64,000 nucleotides of DNA from Macrostomum lignano. Lineage: Eukaryota. The notes below the pieces were generated by a model, which saw nothing but the letters and a program-made list of their open reading frames with translations, was not told where the DNA came from and did no database searches. The stretch is taken from positions 267,443-331,442 of the forward strand of contig NIVC01001238.1 in NCBI GenBank assembly GCA_002269645.1, given 5' to 3'. Of the stretch, positions 1-10,974 are shown one piece after another. The translations under genes and the position numbers were made by a program. Numbering within the stretch: the first letter of the stretch is position 1; each line of letters starts with the position of its first letter.

Positions 1-2377
1 TTGGTTATGTCCCGCAGGCATGGACCGAGGCAAAGGTGATCTTTATCCCTAAGCCAGGCCGCCCGGACTACCATTCTATCAAATCCTTCAGACCGATCAG
101 CTTGACCTCCTCCCTGGTCAAGCTGATGGAGAGACTGGTGCTTTGGCGCCTTCTCTCTGTTGAGCTGAAGAACAAACCTCTCAGCGAGAACCAGCACGCT
201 TTTCGGGCGGGTCGCTCCACTGAAAGCGCGCTGCACGTCCTGGTCGATAAACTCGAGAAGGCCGTGCTTGGTAGTGGCTTTGCTCTGGGGATCTTCCTGG
301 ACATCATTGGCGCCTTCGATAACGTCCTCTTTGAGGCGTTCCGAAGAGCTCTTTGTGAGAGGCTAACGCACTCACATCTCACCAGATGGATCATGTACAT
401 GATCAGCCATCGCACGGCCACCGCCAGTCTGCTGGGCTACCAGAGGACGGTCCCCGTCTGCAAAGGTAGCCCGCAAGGTGGGGTGCTGTCTCCAGTTCTC
501 TGGAATATGGTCATCGATGAGCTCCTCCGGGATGTTCGGCCTGACCCCATTCTGAAAGTTGGATATGCGGACGATGTCACCGCGGTGGCATCTGGTCCGT
601 CCCCTGATACCCTCAGGGACCTTCTTCAGAACTTCATCTACGCTGCTGAGCAATGGGCGGACCGCTGTGGTTTAAGGCTCTCTGAGACTAAGACCGCAGC
701 GATCATGTTCACCAGCAGGACCAAGTGGCAGATTCGGCCGCTCACGCTTTACGGAAGGGAAATCCCCTTCTGCAAGCAGACTAAATGTCTGGGTATTACC
801 CTGGACCACAGGCTGAACTGGTCTCCCCACGTTCAAACAAAAGCCAAAAAGGCCTTCGCAGTCCTCGCGCAATTGCGCAGGGCCGTCGGCACCACCTGGG
901 GGCTCACCCCCAAGCGCCTCTGGTGGATCTACACTGCAATGGTTAGGCCCGCTATCTCGTATGGCGGCCTGATCTGGGCTAGCGCCCTGCAGATAAAGAC
1001 CTGTCTAGAGGCTCTCAGGAGAGCGCAAGGGCGCGCTTGTCGCACGATCATGAGCGCCCCTCCGTCTGCTCCTTACGATGGCCTCAACGCCTTCCTCAAC
1101 ATTCCTCCGCTGGACATCTTTGTCCGCAGGGAAGCGGCTAAGACTGCCCGCCGTCTAGCTGACGCTGGCATTCGAATCCAGCCCCATAGGGCCATGGCTA
1201 AGCGCAAGCTTCTGCCCCACGCTGACCTCTGCCTCAAGGACTTGAGAGACAGCGGCGGGCTCCACGTCCTATCTGACGGCGAACCCCGCACTCTCAACCT
1301 CTTTCAGCGCTACAAGGTCACCATCCCCTCTAGGGATGCTGCCAATGACCACTGGAATTTCCAGGAGGTCCATTGCTACACGGACGGATCCATCAAAGAC
1401 GGTCGCGCCGGCTTTGGGGTCTGCATCATCATCAACGGCCGCGTAATTGCCACGCATGCCCAGCACACTGGTAGACTCTCCACAGTCTTCCAGAACGAAG
1501 TCCTTGCCATCAGCTCTTGCGCTGCAGAGCTAAACGCCAAGGTTACGAGAGGAAAGACTATTGTCATCCACTCCGACAGCCAAGCGGCCTTACAGGCCCT
1601 TTGCCACACCACAACGAACTCCCGGACAGTCGCCGACTGCGCCCGGCAGCTCAACCTCCTGGCCAGAAGCAATACTGTCAGGCTGAAGTGGATCCCAGGG
1701 CACGCAGGGTTTCCGGGGAACGAGCTGGCAGACACCCTCGCCAAGAGGGGCGGCTCTGGCTCTTTTTTCGGCCCTGCCCCCCTGGTCCCTATGCCCTTGA
1801 CAGTCATCAATCGTCAGATCGACGACTGGGCTGACTCCCTCCACAGGGACAGATGGGCGGGCACCCAAAACTGCCGGCAATCTCGTGCCGCGGTTCCTTG
1901 CCCGTCTCACAGGCTCAGAAACATCCTTCTGAACCAGAATCGGAAGGATATTCGAGCCCTTGTCATGACCCTTACCGGCCATGGCTACCTCGCCAGGCAC
2001 TGCTTCCTCCGAGGCGACCTCGAGAGCGAAATTTGCCCCTTTTGCGAGTGCGACAATGAAGATGCTCAGCACTTTGTCTGTCACTGCCCTTTCTTTAACA
2101 GAGACCGGCTACGCTACCTCGGGCCGAACCCGTCCATTGACGAGGTTTGCCAGCCCGACAGCATCCCACGGCTCATCCAGTTCCTTCGGGCGACTAGACG
2201 AGCCAGTTTCTTCCCAACGGAAGATCACGCTGCAGGACGGACCGGCGGACCACCCTGACCGGCCCCACGCCTCTGCCTGTCTGCGGGCCTTCAGGGGCTA
2301 GCGGAATGGGCGACCCTCGCCTCCCCGCTGTGTCTACGGACCACCCTGCAGCTAAGTCAAGTAAGTAAGTAAGTCAA
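1..2377 (+). mobile_element. Non-LTR retrotransposon (LINE), LOA/R1-like, 5' part outside the window; RT, RNase H, CCHC finger, short 3' UTR and (TAAG)-like tail
   Basis: Open frame from base 3 (GYVPQAWTEAKVIFIPKPG) to TGA 2258. RT motifs are FRAGRST, FLDIIGAFD, GSPQGGVLSP and GYADD. RNase H motifs are YTDGS, NEV, HSDSQ and WIPGHAG..GNELAD. The finger is CPFC...EDAQHFVCHC. The tail taagtcaagtaagtaagtaagtcaag lies at about 2353-2377. Confidence 0.95.
3..2258 (+). CDS. LINE ORF2 (reverse transcriptase, RNase H, zinc knuckle), 5'-partial
   Basis: Uninterrupted frame of about 750 codons with all RT and RNase H catalytic motifs. The TTWGLTPKRLWWIYTAMVRP block resembles LOA/Lian-type elements. Confidence 0.93.
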   Translation, partial: GYVPQAWTEAKVIFIPKPGRPDYHSIKSFRPISLTSSLVKLMERLVLWRLLSVELKNKPLSENQHAFRAGRSTESALHVLVDKLEKAVLGSGFALGIFLDIIGAFDNVLFEAFRRALCERLTHSHLTRWIMYMISHRTATASLLGYQRTVPVCKGSPQGGVLSPVLWNMVIDELLRDVRPDPILKVGYADDVTAVASGPSPDTLRDLLQNFIYAAEQWADRCGLRLSETKTAAIMFTSRTKWQIRPLTLYGREIPFCKQTKCLGITLDHRLNWSPHVQTKAKKAFAVLAQLRRAVGTTWGLTPKRLWWIYTAMVRPAISYGGLIWASALQIKTCLEALRRAQGRACRTIMSAPPSAPYDGLNAFLNIPPLDIFVRREAAKTARRLADAGIRIQPHRAMAKRKLLPHADLCLKDLRDSGGLHVLSDGEPRTLNLFQRYKVTIPSRDAANDHWNFQEVHCYTDGSIKDGRAGFGVCIIINGRVIATHAQHTGRLSTVFQNEVLAISSCAAELNAKVTRGKTIVIHSDSQAALQALCHTTTNSRTVADCARQLNLLARSNTVRLKWIPGHAGFPGNELADTLAKRGGSGSFFGPAPLVPMPLTVINRQIDDWADSLHRDRWAGTQNCRQSRAAVPCPSHRLRNILLNQNRKDIRALVMTLTGHGYLARHCFLRGDLESEICPFCECDNEDAQHFVCHCPFFNRDRLRYLGPNPSIDEVCQPDSIPRLIQFLRATRRASFFPTEDHAAGRTGGPP

Positions 2378-2578
2378 GGGGGATGCTTGCTATCTGGGGA
2401 TGCTTGCTATTTGGGTGATGCTTGCTATCTGGGGATGCTTGCTATCTGGGGATGCTTGCTATCCGGGGGATGCTTGCAATCTGGGGGATGCTTGCTATCT
2501 GGGGGATGCTTGCTATCTGGGTGATGCTTGCTATCTGGGGGATGCTTTCTCTCTGGGTGATGCTTGCTGTCTTGGGAT
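2378..2578. repeat. Minisatellite, 17-18 bp unit GGGGATGCTTGCTATCT(G)
   Basis: About 11 tandem copies starting immediately after the LINE tail. Confidence 0.9.
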
Positions 2579-5500
2579 GATTTCTTTTTGCATTGCACTT
2601 CATTTGAGTAGTTTGTCTGTTTTCTTTGTAAAAGCTTTTTTTGGCTATTTTCTTATTACATGTAGAGAACAGAGATTCTATACAGATGTCCCCCAACGGG
2701 GGGCGAAGATTGCTAGTATTTTCTAATCGCAACCTGTTTTAACTCTAACTTGTTTTTGAGGCACTAATTTGGTTTTGGTTTTATTCTTTTAATAAAACAC
2801 GTAATATTCTATCTGTAGGAGACGCTACAGTTAATGTTACTGTTTTTTAAGTCTCTTTTTTATTTTTTCTAGGACACTAATTCTTCCATTATATACGAGG
2901 CGTGCTGATAGCGTCCTGATTGGATGGAAAAAGTTTAGATTAATGATTTATGATGCTCGTGAACAATCGCTTTAGAAAATCAGAAAGTTTTTCAGGATTA
3001 AGGTAAATCTTTGTTGTCCAACTCTCATCCAGTTTTGTGTAAGCCAACTCAATACTGAATTTTTAACCCATAAACCCACAAGGTGATTAATTTAAGCCAG
3101 GACTAAGGGTGATGGGCTAGATTAAAAACCAATGTCGGCTATGATCTTCTACATGCCTCTCGCAACTCGCGATAGCCAAGAACCGGCTCTTTGAGTTTGT
3201 TTGACTTCTTCAGCCAGCGTTAACAACTGAGTATAGGATTTCACCCTAGTAGCAACTCAGTTGATGGAGAGATTTAAAGCAGTGCGAATACGTGAACCTC
3301 TCACACAGACTGAAATAGATTCCTGTTGTAATTATTTTATTACATGTTGGTTCGAACTTTCTCAATTAGCGACTGCAGCTGTTAGCTACACACATTGGGC
3401 CTCGACCTTCGAAAAATGACTGATAGGATACTGAAAACAATTATTGATCGCCCAGGCATTGCGGCTACTTCTGTCAAACGCAAGCAGACAGACACGGTAA
3501 TGAAGTGATGTATTTTCGGCCCTAAAGCTTCTATCCAGCTTTGAATGTATTAGCAACTGATGGATATGCTCCAATAAAAGCTAAGGATTGCGTTTGCGAA
3601 AGACTGAGAAAAGGACGTATAAACATACCCTTATCAAACCAAGCAAGAAGCTGCGCCTAATTTCTTCTCTCCTCCCCTTGCTCGCTCGCCCTTGCTCACT
3701 CTTGTACTTGCATCAAATAATCTCCGACCTGTGTAGACAATCTTCAACGACAATGACAACCGACAACAGAACCTTAGTGTATAAAAGTGTGTTTTCATTT
3801 TTTAATGTAAGGGAAATGTTCTGCTCAACAGAACAAGTAAATTTGTGAACGACATCAGTGGATGGGGCGCGTGGATTGATTTGAGTCTGCAAATGTATTC
3901 GCCAGTTTTGGGAGCGCAAAAAACGATTTTAATATTAATGTTTTACCACTTGTGGAAGGCTTGTTTTCCATAAAATGATTTCTTCTAAATGTTAAAACAA
4001 GAATCATAAAACGCCAATACCATACGGTACATGTATTTTAAAGGGATCATTTTGGATTGCGTTGATTTTTGTTACTTTGTTGGTGGCTTTGTCATTGAAA
4101 ACTTTTGTGTGCGACGAATCTGTTTGCATTTTTTGCTGATAATTATCCTGGAGTATTCGTTCATTTGCAGGAAATTAATGAGCGTTATGAGGGCCGCAGC
4201 TTCATCAGGCACTCAATTTGGCACCACAAGGGCATCCATTTTGGCGCCCAAGGCACTAAATACGAGCGCATGTATATTATTGGCGTTCTGAAGCAAAATT
4301 ATAGATTTTCATAACGGGTTACGGGTCCATAGCTTTGATTTGGGGGGGGGGGACATGTCTCCACTTGTCCGGTTTCCACGCCCCTGGGACGAGACCAAGC
4401 TGTCCGCATGCATCATGCTAAATCTCCAGACTCCAGTGTTCCATGGCCTGACTGACTGATGCCATGTAAGCGCGGACCATAGGCTGAGAATGACCAAATT
4501 TAGAGCCGCTTTCAGTATATTTTCTCCCTAGCCAAATTCTTGAAACAAACAGTAGCTTTCGATCAATAAAATAACTATAACTCATCTTGATCGTGCTTTA
4601 TAGCTTGCGTGCATGGTCTTTTTGTTGTGAAGTTTCGAGCCTGTGAAGTTGCGAGCTTGTGAAGTTTCGAACTTGTGAAGTTGCGAGCTTGTGAAGTTTG
4701 CCTAAGCAAAATTTGTTTTGTACTGGAAGATTTTCGTTCGTCTGTTTCAAATGTATCGTACTACATGAGTTCCATTTTTAGCGCGAACGGCTAATGCTGC
4801 ATCCTGAAGTAATGGTACATGGATTGCTCTAGATTTGCTTCAAATTTAACAAACATTTCATTCTAAAACTATTGTTATTTGAAGTCATTATCACGAGTGA
4901 AATATGGCTCTTATTCATGAGCTGCTTTCTGAGTTGCAGTTGATAGAATGCGGTGCAAAAATAATTAGGCTCAAGAATGATTACAGCGACTGCAGAAATA
5001 CAGCGTAATTGCCTGCAATTTAAGGGAGTTGAGAATCGCACCACAGTCGAACCACTGTAACACTGAGCTCAGAGACTGTTGAGACAGCTTCTCTCTCAAG
5101 TTTCATTTGCAATTAAATATGTACCTTTCAAGTGTCATTCGTGCTCAAACTGTCATAACAGGCAAACAGTCATTGTGCGACTACCGCTGTGACCTTCGGG
5201 CTCCAAATGCTTTCTACACTGCGCGCCTCTCATCGTTTGTAAAGCCACGCGAAATGCAATTTTCAGCTCATGGGCCTCGTCTGAGGACTTGGCGGTGTGG
5301 CAATCAACGAAGCCTGCAGTTGCAGCGCGTGCTCAAAGCTACGCAAAACTCAGTTTGAGCACTCAGTATACTATAAGCTACTCTTTGCAACAAAAATAGA
5401 CAAAAATCGTTGTATAAATTTGTAACTCAGAGTCCATACACCGATGTATATATATATATGCTATAAATATGCTGTTCTCAACTTCAAATAGATCTGGCGT

Positions 5501-6032
5501 ATCTGTAGTACATGGTCTGAAGTTTTTTTCAAGTTACAGGAAATGTCGGGCAATAGCCATTTTGACGAGACTCGTAAGTTCAGGCCGAAATTTGTTTGAC
5601 TTCGTATCTTATTGTGTGTCTAAAAAATTCCATATGTGCATATGGTAAGTGTAGTACGAGCTACTTCATCAAGGAACCGGATTATTCTATGAGCACCGGT
5701 CAGGTGCACTTTTGAAGACTAGTTCCTATGAAGAACCATTTGGTGTTCCTGTGAAGAACCATTTGGTGTTCCTGTGAAGTACAATAAGGGCTTGGACTGA
5801 AAAGTCCGTTGGTTGCTACTACATGTCATGGTTATTTAGAAGCTTATGTTTCTGTATCAAGGTACAACCAAGAAGCGACATTGGATAAGCTTAATTATGA
5901 ATTCATAAACCGCACGTACTCAACAGCTAAGCGTGTGCATTCAATAAAATTCTTGAAATAACTTTTCAATCATTTTTCAATGCCAATTCCGTCATTCATT
6001 TCATTAAAACAATTATCCTCAATAACCTGACA

Positions 6033-6186
6033 ATGCGGCCAGAGGTGCGAAAAGTGTTCCGCGCCATCGACAAGACCGGCAGAGGCGGCATCACCGTGCA
6101 GGAGCTCTGCCAGGTGATGAAGAGAATCGGCGAGGACGTCACGGAGGCTGATGCTAGGAATATTGTTGGCCAGGCAGATACCAAAG
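6033..6186 (+). CDS. Calmodulin-like EF-hand protein, exon 1 (model 6033-6186, 6535-6659, 6739-6850, 7501-7523; 137 aa)
   Basis: Translates to MRPEVRKVFRAIDKTGRGGITVQELCQVMKRIGEDVTEADARNIVGQADTK. Donor AAAG|GTAACT, phase 1. An extra upstream exon cannot be excluded. Confidence 0.85.
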
Positions 6187-6534
6187 GTAACTGGATCTGT
6201 TTCTGTCTGTCTCTTATTAATTAAATAAGCCATCTCGGACCCAGCACATGCTACGTAGCTTTATGAGAAAGTAACGGATTGCTTGCTAACACGACATGCT
6301 CAAAATATAGGTTAGCCATCTCGCTAATGTGTTCGCATCGCAAGCGAAATTGAGCCTTCAGATAAAATGTCCAAAAAACGCGAGTCCTACGTCCTGGTAG
6401 AAAGGGAACTTCTAGTGGTCCTTGTAGATGAAAATGGCACCTCCAACCGCGTACATACTGGCGTCGCGTAATCATCTGAAGTTTCAGAAGATGGTTAATC
6501 TAATTATTGCTATCTGCATATCTGCGCATTTCAG

Positions 6535-6659
6535 GATCCGGTATGATAACGGAGGATGACTTCATCAGCTACATGCAGTCGAGATCAGCTGACTTCAATC
6601 AGCTGTTGCGAGACGCATTTCAAGCCATGGACATCAAAAAGACCGGCTTCCTAACGCAT
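6535..6659 (+). CDS. Calmodulin-like protein, exon 2
   Basis: Acceptor TTTCAG| and donor CAT|GTAGGG. Translates to GSGMITEDDFISYMQ...LRDAFQAMDIKKTGFLTH. Confidence 0.85.
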
Positions 6660-6738
6660 GTAGGGATGCCCAATTTAAACTGCTTTGCTTCCACAGAGAT
6701 TGCAGCCACCCAGCTCATCATTTTTACCTTGCTTTCAG

Positions 6739-6850
6739 TCCCAACTGCGCGCCGGATTCGCCAAAGCAGGGATGAAGCTATCGACGGAAGAGCTCAAACA
6801 GATGCTGTCGGTTGTGGATGCGGACAATACGGGAAAGATCAGTTGGGAGG
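6739..6850 (+). CDS. Calmodulin-like protein, exon 3
   Basis: Acceptor CTTTCAG| and donor G|GTGAGA. Translates to SQLRAGFAKAGMKLSTEELKQMLSVVDADNTGKISWE. Confidence 0.85.
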
Positions 6851-7029
6851 GTGAGAAACAAAACTTCTAGTATTGCAGCTCTTTAAAAATCAAGTTTAAG
6901 GGGACTAAGAAAGGTGAAACTTGTCCGGGTGAAGTTTGATGCAATTGTGTCTATTTGAGTTGGTCAATGTCGGTTTAGCCCGTGACGTATATAGTGAGTG
7001 TCGGTTGGAGTAGAAATGGAGGGACGAGA

Positions 7030-7400
7030 TAGGGTATGGCGTGGGGTGGATGTTGATTGGGGTAGGAATGGAGGGAAGGGGTATGGCGTGAGGTGGGTGT
7101 CGATTGGGGTAGAAATGGAGGGATAGGGTATGGCGTGAGGTGGGTGTCGATTGGGGTAGAAATGGAGGGATAGGGTATGGCGTGAGGTGGGTGTCGATTG
7201 GGGTAGAAATGGAGGGACGGGGTATGGCGTGAGGTGGGTGTCGATTGGGGTAGAAATGGAGGGATAGGGTATGGCGTGAGGTGGGTGTCGATTGGGGTAG
7301 AAATGGAGGGATAGGGTATGACGTGAGGTGGGTGTCGATTGGGGTAGGAACGGAGGGACGCGGTATGGCGTGAGGTGGGTGCCGATTGGGATGGGGTTTG
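7030..7400. repeat. Intronic G-rich minisatellite (unit GGGTATGGCGTGAGGTGGGTGTCGATTGGGGTAGAAATGGAGGGATA)
   Basis: About 7-8 tandem copies in intron 3 of the calmodulin-like gene. Confidence 0.85.
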
Positions 7401-7500
7401 GTGCAGATAAGGTGGTGGGCGTTAACTGGGGTAGAAATCTGAGAAAGCAAAGAAAAAAATTGTAGGTGAACATCTGTGTGAACTCAATTTCAAATTACAG

Positions 7501-7523
7501 AGTTTCTCAAGGTCACCCAGTGA
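7501..7523 (+). CDS. Calmodulin-like protein, terminal exon 4
   Basis: Acceptor TTACAG|. G+AG TTT CTC AAG GTC ACC CAG TGA gives EFLKVTQ*, which completes EF4 (ISWEEF). Summed exon length of 414 nt is divisible by 3. Confidence 0.8.
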
Positions 7524-8055
7524 ACGGACTGCATGGCCGCTTTGGTACAGACAGAAAGACAAAAGCTTGGAACCGCTGCAAATGACAGGCTGAAGTACAA
7601 TGCACTCCGTTGAATGCATGCTGCATGCATGCATTAAATGTACACGTATACGACTCTAATGTACACGGCTCCACTGTTTCTTAATAATTTCAAAAAAAGT
7701 ACAAAAGCCACCACGAAGTCTCCACTTGATATTTGGCGATGAGCAGAAAGTAAAAAATGCTAAACCAGCAGCAGCAGCAGCACTAACAGGTGCGTGCCTG
7801 TGCATCCAAAGTCTATTGAGACTAATAGGTGCGAGGTCCTGAGCATGTAAAATTTATCCAGCAGTCAAGTCAGTGTGACACTGCTGTGACAATGTGGCAT
7901 TACTAGACTGTGCAGTGAATACAAACTAATGAAATCTATGTGCATTCACAATAGACTACTTAAAGTAGAGAAGCTATGAAAATGATAGGCCTATGTAGGG
8001 CTGGTGTGGTTGCCATGGTTACAATATGGTGTAGTTCTAATTAAGAACCGTGGCG

Positions 8056-8451
8056 TCATTTGCTAATGGTGAAATCGGCAAAGGGGCAGTCGGTGCTGGG
8101 GCCCTCCTCCGTGAACACGGCCTTGTCGATGCGGCTCCTCTTGCTGCCCTTGGTTCTCAGCCAGCGCTTGAACTCCTCCAGCTGCGGCGCGGGCCCGCAG
8201 GCCTCGCCGAGCACCGTTCCGTGCTCCGTGTTGAGCACGTAGCCGACCAGGCCGAGCCGGCATGCCTCCTCCTTGGTGTGCTTGCGAAAGAAGACGCCCT
8301 GCACTTTTCCGTGGATTTCGAATTTCACATGGTGCAGCGGGCTGTCCAATTTTGCAGCTGGCGCGGCGGCTGCGGCTGGGAAATGCGAGGCGCGGGCAGC
8401 ACGCGGCACCGGGACAGATCTGGCGGCGCCTGACCTGCCTACAGCGGACAT
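8056..8451 (-). CDS. ACYP: Acylphosphatase, intronless, with an Ala/Arg-rich N-terminal extension
   Basis: FEIHGKVQGVFFRKHT (phosphate loop and catalytic Arg) and GLVGYVLNTEHGTVLG (catalytic Asn). ATG at 8451, TGA at 8056-8058. Confidence 0.93.
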   Translation of the reverse strand: MSAVGRSGAARSVPVPRAARASHFPAAAAAPAAKLDSPLHHVKFEIHGKVQGVFFRKHTKEEACRLGLVGYVLNTEHGTVLGEACGPAPQLEEFKRWLRTKGSKRSRIDKAVFTEEGPSTDCPFADFTISK

Positions 8452-10974
8452 CTTGGAAGACAGGAACGTGGGATGAAGAGTCAAGAAATTTACAGATTGT
8501 TTATTAATAAATTTTAAAACAATATTAAATTCACAAACTCATGAACTACTATTAGTAGCGCGAATGAATTTTAAGAGCTTCAAAACAAAATTATCAAACA
8601 AAAAATATCTATTTGATTTAGTACTGAAAAGGTGGGATTGAAAAATTAACACTAACCTTACAAATAGCAAACACAAATGTACTAAAATTTTGTAAGGGGC
8701 ATCAATATATTTGCCTACTGCTAAATGACTTTGAAGACTATTTTTTATTGTAATTAAATTTGTAAGAACTTATATTAATTTGTGAATGGATAGTATACAA
8801 AATCCAAAGTATAAAGTATATAAAGTGTTATGTATTATTAATTGTAATAGCCCAATAATATATATAGTTGGCAAAAACAACTAATCATATCAATCTCTGT
8901 GTAGGCCTAGTAAACAGTAACAATAGTTACTGACAAGAGAATAATAAAGAATTAATGGTAGCAAAAAGTAAAAAGGTAAAATTAAAAAAGTAAAAAAAAA
9001 TTAATTATATAGAAGTTGCTGTACTTTTTTAATGAAAATAAACTGTATTTTGTATAGAAATAAAAAAGCTTGTTTAGATTTTGCTAATGATTATTGCAAG
9101 TTTTAATTAGTTTGTAATTGTTACTTAATTGTGATTGATTTTGATAAATTGATTTATAGAATAAAAAAAATAACTAAAAATTATTTTTAAGAGTAGTATA
9201 CAAAATGAGTTATTGACAAAAGAGAAAACAAAAGTGGCCATTGGCATAAAAAGGGGGGCTAAGAGGATAGGTTTCCATTTTGAAAGGGAGGGACAATCCA
9301 AAGTATAAAGTACTTGGCCCCACAATTTTTTAGCAACTTTTGATGTCTTTTTCTTAAAAAAGACTAAAATTGTTATATTTTTAGTCCATTCAAGTATTTG
9401 CTACCTTTATATTTTACAAGGGAGCTTGTAATTAAAATAAGGATTCAATTAGGTTAGATCCAGGATCTGAGATCTGTTGGATCAGCAATTAATTGATAAT
9501 AACAAATGAGTAATGATCATGGTGTCAGAATGATGGGACCAAGGGGGGGGGGATGGCCCTTCTCTTTAAAAGTGGGGGGGGTATATTAATGGTACCTGAC
9601 CCCCATTTTTATAAACACTCCAGCACCTATGATAGTAGTTAACTAACAGATTGAGCACAGATTGAGTACCAATCCTAACCAGCATTTATGTAACCAACAA
9701 AAAGTATACCAGGTATCTATTATGATCGTTTAATACTTTTTCGAGAGTGCAAAACTACAGAATTTAAGAGTATAGCAGAACAAGAGAAATTTAAAAAATT
9801 AGCCTATTAAGATAATTTTATAATATTTTTTTTATAAAATTTTAACTATTAAGATAAATAGTTTTCTGGTCGGCCCTTTTTAATTCGCTTTCCGCTAACT
9901 AAAACCAAGGTTTTGGAAAAGTCATATTTTTGTGTACAGTCCCAGTATAAATTTTTTGCTCTTAAGCTAATAAAAATAATGTGCTTAAAAAGGAAACTAG
10001 AGCACCTTCTTTCGGTAAGCTTTTAACACTATATTTTATTTGAAAGCACGTTAGAGTAAAATCTATTTGTTTTACTGCATAAATAATCTTCCGGGTGGTT
10101 AAAGATGATGGAAAGTGCGCTGATTTATTTATCTTCATAATTATTCCTACTATTAAATACAATTAATTTAGTTGTTATCGCATAAAAGTATTGTGCTCTA
10201 GAACTCCAGTCGCGACGTAAAGTACTCCAAAATTACTATATTAATTTCGACCTATATTAATTTTCACTGTATTGTTATTGAAAATACTAAGCTACTTAAA
10301 GTTTACCCAGGTTAGTCATCTAAGTCATCCTTAAATCGACTTTGGAGATCCATTAACAACAAGCCGGGGTCAAAGAATGTTTGAAATGCCCTACATGTAC
10401 GTATTCCACAAGAGTTCTTACACATGTACACTCGTTCTCGTTATTTTTTCAAGGACCACTGTATATAGCTATATAAGTGGTCCTTGATTTTTTTACTATG
10501 CACATGGCCTTTACTACAAAAATTAAGTTTAGTGGCCACTACAACCAAAACATACATGTGTATAGAGTGTGACCAAACGATTGTTTAAAAAGAGAATATA
10601 CGATACTTATGTCGTCCTTGAGAGTGGCAACAAGCCCTTGCTAAGGAAGAATAAATGGTTAGTTATTTTATTTTACGGCGTGGACAACATTTACGACTTT
10701 TGGAGTAGCAATACATATTACGTGTACAACATACGTATATGCGTGAAATAAAAGTACACTCTGTACATGTGTATATGAAGTACCACCTTATTGAACTACT
10801 TCATGATCTCAAGTTTAAATACTTCCATAAACGTACATGAAAGTATACTCATTGTACACGTAAAATACAGAAAGAATCACCCTGCAATGTCACCTACCCT
10901 TGAGAAGAATTAGGACCGGCTTAACCTCGTAATTATAAAGTACAAAAATGCAGATTTTTCGTTGTAAATTACTT

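Noticed and set aside
2259-2377. LINE 3' end as the partner of the SINE at 55096-55404
   Set aside because: Only scattered 7-8 nt matches, and the tails differ (TAAG versus TTA).
4105-4314. 69 aa ORF with a vaguely SGNH-like end (WHHKGIHFGAQGTKY)
   Set aside because: Lacks the catalytic D-x-x-H, is short, and has no supporting upstream motifs.
4335-4386. hAT/MITE-like terminus (CCACGCCCCTG), with similar ends near 9618-9631 and 14735-14760
   Set aside because: No partner inverted terminus or target-site duplication could be identified by eye.
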